The notes: generated by a model not told the origin, from the sequence alone. DNA of 32,000 bases from Candidatus Nanopusillus sp. (GCA_046533775.1 JAWDOO010000005.1:1-32000), one strand, 5' to 3'; shown: positions 23,226-32,000, counted from the stretch's first letter. Translations and numbers: made by a program.

Positions 23226-23480
23226 ACTTTCTAAAATTTTCTTAATATTTTCATATAAATTCTGGCTTATTTTTTCAATATAAATAATATTATTATTTTT
23301 TATATAAAATCTTACATGATCCCCAGAATTTAAATTATTTATATCTATAGATTTATCGAATGAATAATCTTTCCCATTTATTTCTATTATTACTTTATCC
23401 TTCATTATATTCTTTATTTTCCCATATATTATTCCCTCCTTTATATAATCAAATGATTCATACATAAAAAATATTTTCAT
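23214..23480 (-). CDS. Hypothetical 88-aa protein (beta-rich, OB/barrel-like look)
   Basis: ORF directly downstream of the SpoIIM-like gene, with no spacer (23480/23481). GIIYGKIKNIMKDKVIIEINGKDYSF...GDHVRFYIKNNNIIYIEKI. I recognise no family. Confidence 0.4.
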   Translation of the reverse strand: MKIFFMYESFDYIKEGIIYGKIKNIMKDKVIIEINGKDYSFDKSIDINNLNSGDHVRFYIKNNNIIYIEKISQNLYENIKKILESLNE

Positions 23481-24281
23481 TTAAATAATATAAGCTTCTA
23501 TTAATGCTGCTATAAATATAAATAATATAGATAAAACAAATAATGCCAAAGAATCTGAAAGTATAATTTCCAAAGTTTTTCTATCAAGGTTTTTTATAAA
23601 TGCTATTGATAAAATATTACCAGCCAATGCTGCTAAGAAATATCCTAAAAATTCTAGTATTCCATGCGGTAAGATTTCTAATAAACTAACAGTTGGAATT
23701 AAAATAAATTTATATATAATATTATTTGAAATATATTCTGATGCTCTCAAACCTAAGAATACACCAATAATTGATGCATTCCATAATAATAAATATATAG
23801 ATCCAGCACCAAATATTATTGAAAATGAGAAAAATAATAATAATACTGTCATATTATTAAATAATATGTATGTAAAGAAACTATTTGGATATATTGCATA
23901 TCCATAACTTAGAGCAATAACATGTTCTCTTATATCTTCTATTGCCTGTATTTGTGGATAAAATAAATTGTAATTTATTAGATAACCTATATAAAATCCA
24001 ATTATTGATGCAAAAAATATTACAAAAGATATTATAAAATATTCTTTATATCTAAAAAATATATTTTTCTTTGATCCTATTTTTTCAGATATTCTTTCAT
24101 CTTTTTCTATTAATTTATTGTATATTTGAACAAAAGGAACCAGGGATATTGCAATTATTAATATCCCACCATATGGTCCTGATTTAATTGATAATAATGT
24201 AGAAAATACTATTATTAATATACTTAGAAAGAATAATATAAAATAATTATACCTTATCTTTTCTATCAGGATATCATACAT
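23481..24281 (-). CDS. SpoIIM-like (DUF95) integral membrane protein
   Basis: 266 aa, about 6 TM. Hallmark LLEILPHGILEFLGYFLAALAG, as in the stage II sporulation protein M / DUF95 family. Confidence 0.65.
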   Translation of the reverse strand: MYDILIEKIRYNYFILFFLSILIIVFSTLLSIKSGPYGGILIIAISLVPFVQIYNKLIEKDERISEKIGSKKNIFFRYKEYFIISFVIFFASIIGFYIGYLINYNLFYPQIQAIEDIREHVIALSYGYAIYPNSFFTYILFNNMTVLLLFFSFSIIFGAGSIYLLLWNASIIGVFLGLRASEYISNNIIYKFILIPTVSLLEILPHGILEFLGYFLAALAGNILSIAFIKNLDRKTLEIILSDSLALFVLSILFIFIAALIEAYII

Positions 24282-25003
24282 AATAAAAATTCTAATTCTA
24301 TTTTATTTAAATTTGACGGTATTATAATACATAAAGGAGGATCTAAATTTATATTTAACAATTCCTTTATTTCTTTATAATATATTTTTTCATTTTTTCT
24401 ATTTAAATTGGAACATACAATTAACTTAAAATTTTCATTAAAAATTTTTTCTCTTTTATTATCTATTTCTAATAATCTTTTTATTGCTTCTTTATGATCT
24501 AAATACTTATTATTTATTGGATCTAAATCTAATAAGACCAAAGTATGTAAATTATTTTTATAATTTCTTATAATATAATCATAAAATTCAGTAGATTCAT
24601 GAAATGATATCGAAACTGTTCTTCCAAACTTATATAAAAATAATCCTATTTTTCCTATTTCATCAAATATTGATGAAGAATTTATTATTTTAAATTCTAT
24701 ATTATTTTTCTTACAAAGTTCAATAAAATACATATGGGTAGTAGCAAATAGTGGATTTCCTGATGTTATTAATATTATTTTCTTATCTTTATTATTTAAT
24801 ATTATCTTTTCTAATTCTAATTCTACAAAATTTCTATCAACAATATTTATATCTTTTCTTATATTTAATAAAAATTCTTTTGTTTCTTCATCAATAAAAT
24901 TTGTATAATATTCTAGAAATATTAAATCTGCACTTTTTATTTCTTCTATTAATCCATAAGGTATTTCATCTTTATTTTGTCCCAGTCCAGATAATATAAA
25001 CAT
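24266..25003 (-). CDS. dph5: Diphthine synthase (Dph5)
   Basis: MFILSGLGQNKDEIPYGLIEEIKSADLIFLEYYTN, ILITSGNPLFATTH. I prefer ATG 25003 over the track start at 25054, because it places the start 1 nt after the PolD stop and matches the usual Dph5 N-terminus. Confidence 0.88.
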   Translation of the reverse strand: MFILSGLGQNKDEIPYGLIEEIKSADLIFLEYYTNFIDEETKEFLLNIRKDINIVDRNFVELELEKIILNNKDKKIILITSGNPLFATTHMYFIELCKKNNIEFKIINSSSIFDEIGKIGLFLYKFGRTVSISFHESTEFYDYIIRNYKNNLHTLVLLDLDPINNKYLDHKEAIKRLLEIDNKREKIFNENFKLIVCSNLNRKNEKIYYKEIKELLNINLDPPLCIIIPSNLNKIELEFLLCMIS

Positions 25004-25004
25004 T

Positions 25005-28000
25005 TTATAAATTAAAGAAATCTTTAATTTGCTTTTCTTTAGATTGGTTTCCAAATGTTTGATCTATTTTCATTTTCAATGCTCTTAAACTAGAACTTGT
25101 ATATTCATCCAATTTCAATTTTTCAGCCAACCATAAACTTGGCTCTAAATATTTTACGACGCTGCCATAATGAACTGTCATTACAATTCTTCCACCACAT
25201 CTATCACATTTTCCACATAATGGAGGCCTTCTAAATCTCTTATTACATTTTATACATCTAAATTCTTGTTCAGAAAACTTTCTCAAATTACCTTTAATAT
25301 CTCTTGCAAAATGTAAATTTATTACCAAGCTTGCAACAGTACTTGGATCTACAGATCTTAATAATTTTGCCAATTTTAATTCAAAATTCAATTTTTCCAA
25401 CATTTCTCCCAAAGATTTATATGCAGAAACCTTATTTCCATTTTCACTAATAGAATTTATATCATGCATAAATCCCCAATTTATATATTCCGTTGGTGTA
25501 TCAATTCTTTCTTTAAATATTTGTATTTTTACAGATTCGGGAGGTTTATATTGTAATGATGCTTCATATAATTCTAGTGGATAATTCCAAACAGTATCAA
25601 ACTTTTGTATCTCATCATCTATTTCCATTCCCTTAACCTTTATTGTAATTGTTAATGGGGCATCCATAGTTCCTCCTCTTTTATCTGGTAAATATTCCCT
25701 AGAAAAGTTTAATAAAGCATCTAATAATAATAATACTGTTCCTTCATCTCCATCACAATTTCTTCTAATTGCAGCATGCATCATTGGATGCATAAGTAAT
25801 GCCTGAGTTCTTGAGAATCCAATTATTCTTCCAACAGTACCTGCAGAGGTATGGGGAGCTAAAACAATTAATAGATGACCTAATAAATCTTCCGGTTTCT
25901 TTACATTATAATATTTATCCATTTTATAAAATCTTTCCAATTCTTCATCAATAAATTTGGCAGTATTTATTAAAGAAATTAAAAATCCATCTTTCTTTAA
26001 TTTACCACCTTTCTTTAATGGACCAATTGTTGGTAATATAATATCTTGAGGTTTTAATTCTAATATTTGGTCTTCATTTTCTAATGGATTTCCATAAATA
26101 TCATGAGTATATCCCAATTCTTTCAATTTTTCTATTGGAGTATATACTAAATCTTTTGGCTTAAAATATGTAATTGGTGCTTCTATGGCATCAAATCTTA
26201 CTGTTCCATCCCTAAATACAAATATACCATATTTTGCCCTTAATATTCCTTTTTCTAATCTCTCCGGTTGTTTATTTCTTGAACTTAAACCTTCTGGTCC
26301 CTTTACTATTTTTGGCAATTGGGAAGCATCTAATCCTAAGTTTTTTAACGCTGCTTCTATATATTTTGAAATCTGTATCGCATATTTTTTATGCTCTTTT
26401 CCATCTTCTGTCTTTAATAATTTTGTTTCTGAATTACAGAATATACATTTATTATATGGAACATATATTTTACAATTTGGACAATAATATGTTTTTAAAT
26501 CTGAAACAATTTTTTGATATTTCATTGATTCTAAAAGATTTCTCATCCTTCCTCCTTCTTCTCCTACAGGAAATAGGGCCATTATTGAACCTTTTAATTC
26601 TCTAATCTTTGCTTTTTCAGGTCTTCCCATTCTAACTCCAATATATGTACCGACTTTGTCTCTAATAATAACTTTTGATACTTTGTTTATCATTTCATAT
26701 CCATTTTTTTCATTATTTAATTCCGGAACTTTTTCAAAATATCCTAATTGTATATATAATGCTGCTGAATTTGGATATTCAATTATAATTTTATTATTTT
26801 CCAATTTATGCTCAATTAATATTTCTTCTAATATATTCTTTATTCTATCATTATATTCAAATTCTATTTTATCAGCAATTTTATAATTCTCACCATTTAT
26901 TTTAATTTCTTTATATGAAACTTTTGCTTTTTCTTTTAAATAATTTAATAAGTATATAAAGTCTTGTGAACTTATATCCTTCCAGAAATATGTATATTCT
27001 GGATGTAATGGAACATTTAATAATATAGATATCTTTAATGAATTAATAAAATCAGGTTTATTTTTTAGTGGGTCTCTAATATAATTTTCTAAAGTATTTT
27101 TATCAATATTTAAATACTCTGATAATTTTTCTAAATTTTTTATTTCAAATAATTTTCTTGGTTTAAACATATCAAAAACTACCTCAAATCCATTTACTTT
27201 TTCTTTTGCATTTTTTTCAAATTCCAATATCCACCACTCTTCGCAATATCCTAACGGAACTAAAGGATGTCCATTATCCAAAAAATCACCATATGTAAAT
27301 AAAATATCACCCAAAAATAGTATTTTTTCTATTAAATTCTTTTCAATTAATTCCTTTGCCTTTTTTTCATCTTTTACTTTTATTACAGAACCATCTTTTA
27401 ATTTTACTACTGGAGGTTCAATTGTATCTGAAAATGTAACTGCAGAGGCTTTTCCAGGTCTCTCTACAACAAGTTGAGTCCCCCATGCTAAAAAATTATA
27501 TGTTAAAATTGCAGCAACTGGATGTATTGAAGAAGCTTCATGACCGTTTGTCCTTGATTTTCCCATTCTTAATCTAAATCCACCCTTTGCAGATGGTAAA
27601 GAAAATATTGGTCTCCCAGCAGTTAATTGTTCTAAATATTTTGCATTCGGTTTTATTATATCAGAAGAATCTGAAGATCCTCCATGTAATTTTTCTTGCA
27701 ATTTTTTTAATTCATCTAACCAGGACCAATCTTCTAAATTAAAATCTTTTGCAATCTTTGATAATTCTTTCCATATTTTTTTAGCCTTTTGACATATACC
27801 TTCAGCAAGTACAAGAACTGCTCCCCCTCTTATATAATTTGTTTCAACCCTTGGTAAATCTTTATATGCAGAAACTTCTATTTTTTCTGTAGGCTCTCCA
27901 TTTATCTCAATTGGTAGATTTTTAACTGTAAAAGTTATTTCTTCATTCTTTGGAGTATACTGTAAATGAGCTACTCTCTTATAATCATAAACTTCAATTA

Positions 28001-28562
28001 TATATCTTTGAATTTCATCTTCTGTAGGATCATATTTTTCATATCCGAATTTTCTTCTTAAAAAATCAGCAATTACAACTGAAAATGCTTGAGGAGTACC
28101 ACCAGCAGATCTTACAGGTCCTGCATAGAATACTGAAATATATTCTTTTCCATCCATTCTTTTCTTTGCAATTACTTTTACAATTCCTTCCGTTGGAGCG
28201 GCTACAACACCCAAAGTATGATATGCAAAACCTGCCCTTAATCCAAGTTCTATGGCCCTAATTTTATCTTTAGTTTTATTATATATTTGTTCTGCTACAT
28301 ATTCAGATATTTTTAATATTGTAGAAAATGAAAGTGGTTTATATGCTTTTTCTATTTCTCTAATTTTTTCTGGTAAATTTATTTCTTTTATAATTGGATC
28401 TATTGTTGATAATAAATTAACTACTCTTTCAGCCATATCTTCAGAAATTGGTATTTCAACATCATTAACTGGATCTAAAGATAGTGATCTCGCCTTTTTT
28501 GCAATCTCATAAGCTTCCAATGTTTTTTTCTTAATTTCTAAAAAATATTCGTTTATATCCAT
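25005..28562 (-). CDS. polC: DNA polymerase II (PolD) large subunit DP2
   Basis: 1185 aa, no intein. YAGPVRSAGGT, GRPIFSLPSAKGGFRLRMGKSR, Cys clusters CPNCK...CIFC and CIKCNKRFRRPPLCGKCDRCGG, APHTSAGTVGRIIGF, and the acidic catalytic motif RRNCDGDEGT. Confidence 0.95.
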   Translation of the reverse strand: MDINEYFLEIKKKTLEAYEIAKKARSLSLDPVNDVEIPISEDMAERVVNLLSTIDPIIKEINLPEKIREIEKAYKPLSFSTILKISEYVAEQIYNKTKDKIRAIELGLRAGFAYHTLGVVAAPTEGIVKVIAKKRMDGKEYISVFYAGPVRSAGGTPQAFSVVIADFLRRKFGYEKYDPTEDEIQRYIIEVYDYKRVAHLQYTPKNEEITFTVKNLPIEINGEPTEKIEVSAYKDLPRVETNYIRGGAVLVLAEGICQKAKKIWKELSKIAKDFNLEDWSWLDELKKLQEKLHGGSSDSSDIIKPNAKYLEQLTAGRPIFSLPSAKGGFRLRMGKSRTNGHEASSIHPVAAILTYNFLAWGTQLVVERPGKASAVTFSDTIEPPVVKLKDGSVIKVKDEKKAKELIEKNLIEKILFLGDILFTYGDFLDNGHPLVPLGYCEEWWILEFEKNAKEKVNGFEVVFDMFKPRKLFEIKNLEKLSEYLNIDKNTLENYIRDPLKNKPDFINSLKISILLNVPLHPEYTYFWKDISSQDFIYLLNYLKEKAKVSYKEIKINGENYKIADKIEFEYNDRIKNILEEILIEHKLENNKIIIEYPNSAALYIQLGYFEKVPELNNEKNGYEMINKVSKVIIRDKVGTYIGVRMGRPEKAKIRELKGSIMALFPVGEEGGRMRNLLESMKYQKIVSDLKTYYCPNCKIYVPYNKCIFCNSETKLLKTEDGKEHKKYAIQISKYIEAALKNLGLDASQLPKIVKGPEGLSSRNKQPERLEKGILRAKYGIFVFRDGTVRFDAIEAPITYFKPKDLVYTPIEKLKELGYTHDIYGNPLENEDQILELKPQDIILPTIGPLKKGGKLKKDGFLISLINTAKFIDEELERFYKMDKYYNVKKPEDLLGHLLIVLAPHTSAGTVGRIIGFSRTQALLMHPMMHAAIRRNCDGDEGTVLLLLDALLNFSREYLPDKRGGTMDAPLTITIKVKGMEIDDEIQKFDTVWNYPLELYEASLQYKPPESVKIQIFKERIDTPTEYINWGFMHDINSISENGNKVSAYKSLGEMLEKLNFELKLAKLLRSVDPSTVASLVINLHFARDIKGNLRKFSEQEFRCIKCNKRFRRPPLCGKCDRCGGRIVMTVHYGSVVKYLEPSLWLAEKLKLDEYTSSSLRALKMKIDQTFGNQSKEKQIKDFFNL

Positions 28563-28583
28563 AAAAATATATTTAAAATAATA

Positions 28584-28592
28584 TTTTTAATT
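28584..28592. promoter_or_regulatory. Central A/T box TTTTTAATT shared by the divergent PolD and hjc-like genes
   Basis: 52-bp spacer. The box edges lie 22 nt from ATG 28562 (-) and 23 nt from ATG 28615 (+). Confidence 0.4.
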
Positions 28593-28614
28593 GTTTAAAT
28601 TCCTTATATTTGAA

Positions 28615-28962
28615 ATGGGAAGTAATTATAAAATTGGTTATTATTATGAGCAAAAAGTAAAAAAGATATTGGAAAAGGAAGGTTATGATGCATGGAGAAC
28701 TCCTGGTTCACATTCTGCTATAGATATAATTGCAATAAATAAAGAAGGAAAGATAAGATTAATACAAGTAAAAAAGAATAAAAGAGATATTGATATAAAC
28801 AATATTAATTATATTGATTTATATGAATTATATCATTTAGCAGAAAAATATAAAGATTCTAATAATGTTGATATTGAATTATGGATATTTTCAAACAATG
28901 AATTAAAGAAATATAATAAAGATGATATATTAAAATTGAAAGATATTATTTCTTTACAATAA
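28615..28962 (+). CDS. hjc: Holliday junction resolvase Hjc-like PD-(D/E)xK nuclease (variant Q-x-K motif)
   Basis: MGSNYKIGYYYEQKVKKILEKEGYDAWRTPGSHSAIDIIAINKEGKIRLIQVKKNK aligns by eye with Hjc (kG...ER.l...L...Gf.v.R...S...DiiA......iEvK). I prefer ATG 28615 over the TTG start at 28591 in the track. Confidence 0.7.
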   Translation: MGSNYKIGYYYEQKVKKILEKEGYDAWRTPGSHSAIDIIAINKEGKIRLIQVKKNKRDIDINNINYIDLYELYHLAEKYKDSNNVDIELWIFSNNELKKYNKDDILKLKDIISLQ

Positions 28963-29779
28963 TAAAGTATTCATATGGAATATCAAATTCTTTAATAACT
29001 TTATATTTTAATTTATATATTATAAATCTTTTAATCTTATATCTCCATGCTAAACCAAGATTTCTCTTTTTTCCAAGACTTTTCTGAGGAAAAGATATTA
29101 TTAAATAATCAAAATCTAATTTAGATAATAAATTCCTTGGTGCATAAAAATCATATTTTTCCAATATTGGAAATATCTTCCAAAAGAATATATATTGATA
29201 ATGTCTAAATATTCTATCATCTGGATCTAATAAATCAATTAACCATCCTTCATTTTCAATATTTAATTCTTTCAATATTTGATAATTTATATCTAATATT
29301 TTTTCAGATATATCTACATAATAATATTTTTTAGGTTTTTGATCTGAGAAATAAATTGATATTGGATTCAATCCAGATGCTAAATCTAATATTTCTAATG
29401 GTTTTTCAATAAATATATTTTTATATATTTCTTTATAGAAATTTAATCTTTCAGCAGTAGACCTTGTTAACATTAATAATTCTATTATTTTTTGTTCCAA
29501 TGTCATTTCATCATTAAATAATATTTTATCTATTTCTCTATCTTCTTTAGGTGTATATAAACCATATAATTCATGCAAAATTTTTCTTACTTCTTTAAAT
29601 AATAAATAAAATTCTTCATCATTTTTCAATTGCTTTATACTTTTTATTGAAGATAATTTTTTATATAAATATTGTTTTTTGCTTAATTCTCTTTTTAATA
29701 TATTTTCAACTACCTTATCAGATATATTTCTCAATTCCTTCTTATTTTTTATCTCATTTATTATTTCAAATAATTCCAT
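28946..29779 (-). CDS. FmrO-family (ArmA/Rmt-like) SAM-dependent 16S rRNA methyltransferase homologue
   Basis: 277 aa, collinear by eye with aminoglycoside-resistance m7G1405 methyltransferases. VRKILHELYGLY (cf. KKLHQIWGSY), TRSTAERLNFYKEIYKNIF...ILDLASGLNPISI (cf. HSSTNER...FY..VF...ILDFGCGFNPLAL), YYYVDISEKILD (cf. YHAYDIDRAEI), FFWKIFPILEKYD (cf. FLLKMLPVLKQQD), LIISFPQKSLGKK (cf. FVISFPIKSLSGK). The comparison sequences are recalled from memory. Confidence 0.7.
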   Translation of the reverse strand: MELFEIINEIKNKKELRNISDKVVENILKRELSKKQYLYKKLSSIKSIKQLKNDEEFYLLFKEVRKILHELYGLYTPKEDREIDKILFNDEMTLEQKIIELLMLTRSTAERLNFYKEIYKNIFIEKPLEILDLASGLNPISIYFSDQKPKKYYYVDISEKILDINYQILKELNIENEGWLIDLLDPDDRIFRHYQYIFFWKIFPILEKYDFYAPRNLLSKLDFDYLIISFPQKSLGKKRNLGLAWRYKIKRFIIYKLKYKVIKEFDIPYEYFIIVKK

Positions 29780-30483
29780 ATTAATTCAAATTCTTTTCTT
29801 TTACATATTTTGCAATTATTACTCTTAACTTTTATTTCTTCTAAATAGAATTTATCCCTTATATTAAAATGATATAGTATTCCATCTCTATTTCCAAATA
29901 CATAATTTATAAATAATTTTAACATTAAAGAAACTGCAAAGATTATTGATGAAAAATCTACACCAGTAATATCACATGTTAATACATCTTCTTTTCCTTT
30001 ATATATATCATATAAACAAAATTGTTTAGGATTTATTAAACCAACAAATCCCTGATCCATAACAACTGAAGCAAATATATATGGCTTATTATAATATACT
30101 GATAATTCATTTATTAAATATTTTGATCTAATATTATCAGTACAATCAAATATTATATCTCTATTAAATATTTTATTATTTATTTCTTTATATTTTTCTA
30201 TATTTATATTATTATCTATTTCTTTTAATCTCTTTTCAATAGAATCTATTTTTAATTTACCGATATCATCAATTATAAAGTTTTGTCTATTTAGATTTTT
30301 TTCTTCTACAATATCAAAATCTACAATTGCCAAATTTTTTACACCAATTCTCACTAAAAATTCTGATAACCAAGAACCCAAACCACCTAAACCAATAACT
30401 GCAACAGATGTTTCTTGTATTTTTTTATTTTTTTCAAATCCAAAAAATTTTATTTGAGATATATACCTTGAAACATTATCCAT
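29761..30483 (-). CDS. ThiF/MoeB/UbaA-family E1-like adenylyltransferase
   Basis: 240 aa. Nucleotide-binding [41 protein letters not shown], candidate active-site Cys in VLTCDITGV, and a single C-terminal CKIC. It overlaps cdc48 (8 nt) and the methyltransferase gene (19 nt). Confidence 0.8.
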   Translation of the reverse strand: MDNVSRYISQIKFFGFEKNKKIQETSVAVIGLGGLGSWLSEFLVRIGVKNLAIVDFDIVEEKNLNRQNFIIDDIGKLKIDSIEKRLKEIDNNINIEKYKEINNKIFNRDIIFDCTDNIRSKYLINELSVYYNKPYIFASVVMDQGFVGLINPKQFCLYDIYKGKEDVLTCDITGVDFSSIIFAVSLMLKLFINYVFGNRDGILYHFNIRDKFYLEEIKVKSNNCKICKRKEFELIWNYLK

Positions 30484-32000
30484 AATACTTATTATCCTTT
30501 CCTATCATTCCTTTTCTAAATGTTTCTGCAAATAATTTATAATAATTTTCCATTTCTTTTGTTATAGATGGCTTTACTTTTTCTAATGCTGATTTAAAGT
30601 CATCCATTGTAATTTTTATATCTTCTTTTTCTAATTCTTTTAATGCTTCTTCCTCACTTAATCCCTGTTTCTTTTTTAATTCATATGATAATCTTATCCT
30701 ATTTATTGCAGCTTCTTTTACAAGTAATTCTAAATCAGCACCACTATATCCTTCAGTAATTCTTGCAATTTCTTCTAAATTAATATCTGGAGCTAACGGC
30801 ATATTCCTTGTCTTTATTTTTAATATTTCCAATCTTGCATTATAATCTGGAGGTGGTATATATATTATTCTATCAAATCTTCCAGGTCTTAATAATGCAG
30901 GATCAATTATATCTGGTCTATTTGTTGCCGCAATTACAATTACATCACCTCTTGTAGTTATACCATCCATCTCTGCTAATAATTGATTTACAATACTATC
31001 ATAAACATTTGTACCTATACTAGAACCTCTTCTTGGTGCTATTGCATCAATTTCATCAAAGAATATTACTGCAGGAGCCACTTGTTTTGCTTTTCTAAAT
31101 ATTTCTCTAATCATTTTTTCACTTTCTCCAAACCATTTACTAAATATTTCTGGACCTCTTACAGCAATAAAGTTTGCTCCTATTTCTGTTGCAATTGCTT
31201 TTGCTAATAATGTTTTACCTGTACCTGGAGGACCATATAATAATATACCCTTTGGAGGTTCAACACCAATTTTTTCATATATTTTCTTGTTTTTTATTGG
31301 CCATTCAACAGCTTCTTTCAATTCTAATTTTACCTCCTCCAATCCTCCAATATCATCCCAATGTACCTTTGGTACTTCTACTAATACTTCTCTCATTGCA
31401 GACGGTGGTACAACTTTCAATGCAGCCATAAAATCTTCCTCAGTAACAACCATTTGATCTAAAATTTCTTGTGGTATATTATTTTCATATTTTTCTATTT
31501 CAGGTAATATTCTTCTAATAACATTCATTGCAGCTTCTTTTACTAAAGCAGCAAGATCTGCACCTACATAACCATATGTAATTGAAGCTAGTTTTCTAAT
31601 TAATTTATCTTTTTCTTCTTCAGATAATAATACATATTTATCTCCTTCTTTTTTACCTAGAGGAACATTTCTAGTATGTACTTTTAATATTTGATATCTG
31701 CCCTGTTCATTTGGTACAGGAACTTCTATTTCTCTATCAAATCTCCCAGGTCTCCTTAATGCAGGATCTATAGCTTCTGGTCTATTTGTTGCTGCAATTA
31801 CAATTACTTTACCCCTTGATTTTAATCCATCCATTAATGTTAATAATTGAGCTACCAATCTTCTTTCAACTTCTCCGATTGATTCATCCCTTTTAGGAAC
31901 TATTGCATCAATTTCATCTATAAATATTATTGAAGGTGCATTTTTATTTGCCTCTTCAAATATATCTCTTAATCTTTTTTCAGATTCTCCAACATATTTT
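30476..32000 (-). CDS. cdc48: Cdc48/VCP-like AAA+ ATPase; 5' part beyond the window end
   Basis: The reading frame stays open upstream of the track Met (31858) to the window edge: [58 protein letters not shown] (D1). D2 has Walker [14 protein letters not shown], Walker [11 protein letters not shown] and [19 protein letters not shown]. The C-terminal ...KYYG is HbYX-like. Confidence 0.92.
   Translation of the reverse strand, partial: KYVGESEKRLRDIFEEANKNAPSIIFIDEIDAIVPKRDESIGEVERRLVAQLLTLMDGLKSRGKVIVIAATNRPEAIDPALRRPGRFDREIEVPVPNEQGRYQILKVHTRNVPLGKKEGDKYVLLSEEEKDKLIRKLASITYGYVGADLAALVKEAAMNVIRRILPEIEKYENNIPQEILDQMVVTEEDFMAALKVVPPSAMREVLVEVPKVHWDDIGGLEEVKLELKEAVEWPIKNKKIYEKIGVEPPKGILLYGPPGTGKTLLAKAIATEIGANFIAVRGPEIFSKWFGESEKMIREIFRKAKQVAPAVIFFDEIDAIAPRRGSSIGTNVYDSIVNQLLAEMDGITTRGDVIVIAATNRPDIIDPALLRPGRFDRIIYIPPPDYNARLEILKIKTRNMPLAPDINLEEIARITEGYSGADLELLVKEAAINRIRLSYELKKKQGLSEEEALKELEKEDIKITMDDFKSALEKVKPSITKEMENYYKLFAETFRKGMIGKDNKYYG

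Noticed and set aside
25004-25054. N-terminal extensions given by the ORF track: dph5 from 25054, PUA protein from 22175, hjc-like from TTG 28591, KaiC-like from 9498.
   Set aside because: In each case a downstream ATG gives the canonical family N-terminus. It also removes a long overlap with the neighbouring gene or promoter box and restores the standard box-to-ATG spacing.
1-32000. Search for CRISPR arrays, rRNA genes, transposases/IS elements, integrases, inteins and non-standard genetic code or recoding.
   Set aside because: I saw no regularly spaced direct repeats and no other G/C-rich RNA-like island. No ORF has transposase, integrase or intein motifs. All conserved genes translate full-length with the standard code, so nothing supports these calls. 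The only mobile-element hint is the MazG-like remnant.

Overview
Very AT-rich (about one quarter G+C from hand counts of a few lines), almost gap-free archaeal chromosome segment. The gene set is archaeal: thermosome, PolD large subunit, Mre11-Rad50, HerA-like ATPase, Hjc-like resolvase, Cbf5, RNase HII, uS13/uS4, diphthine synthase, Fap7, Cdc48, class-III-signal pilin-like proteins and an archaeosortase-like protein. Extreme AT content beside a tRNA of about two-thirds G+C, scattered informational genes, a stand-alone ArcTGT C-terminal module and pervasive gene overlaps suggest a small-genome thermophilic DPANN/Nanoarchaeota-like organism; this is inference, not verified. I annotate 34 protein-coding genes, one tRNA-Ser(UGA), one decayed MazG-like pseudogene and a set of BRE/TATA-like boxes. 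Two genes are cut by the window edges, and one of those (a P-type ATPase at 1-1244) is missing from the supplied ORF track. I saw no CRISPR array, rRNA, transposase or integrase. Most worth a second look: (1) a type-IV-pilus-like surface-filament locus at 13.7-18.5 kb, with a FlaI/PilB-family ATPase and three unusual Cys-paired, charge-poor pilin-like proteins but no platform protein or prepilin peptidase nearby; (2) a 442-bp non-coding spacer (5053-5494) about 8 times longer than any other divergent spacer, full of promoter-like boxes and G/C-marked inverted repeats; (3) five divergent gene pairs whose start codons are 49-59 bp apart around central TATA-like A/T boxes, implying bidirectional leaderless promoters; (4) an ArmA/Rmt (FmrO)-like 16S rRNA methyltransferase homologue translationally coupled to an E1-like enzyme and Cdc48; (5) DNA-repair oddities: HerA-like separated from Mre11-Rad50, no NurA, small unknown coupled partners, and an Hjc-like protein with Q in place of the catalytic E; (6) a MazG-like gene remnant next to the 3' end of tRNA-Ser.
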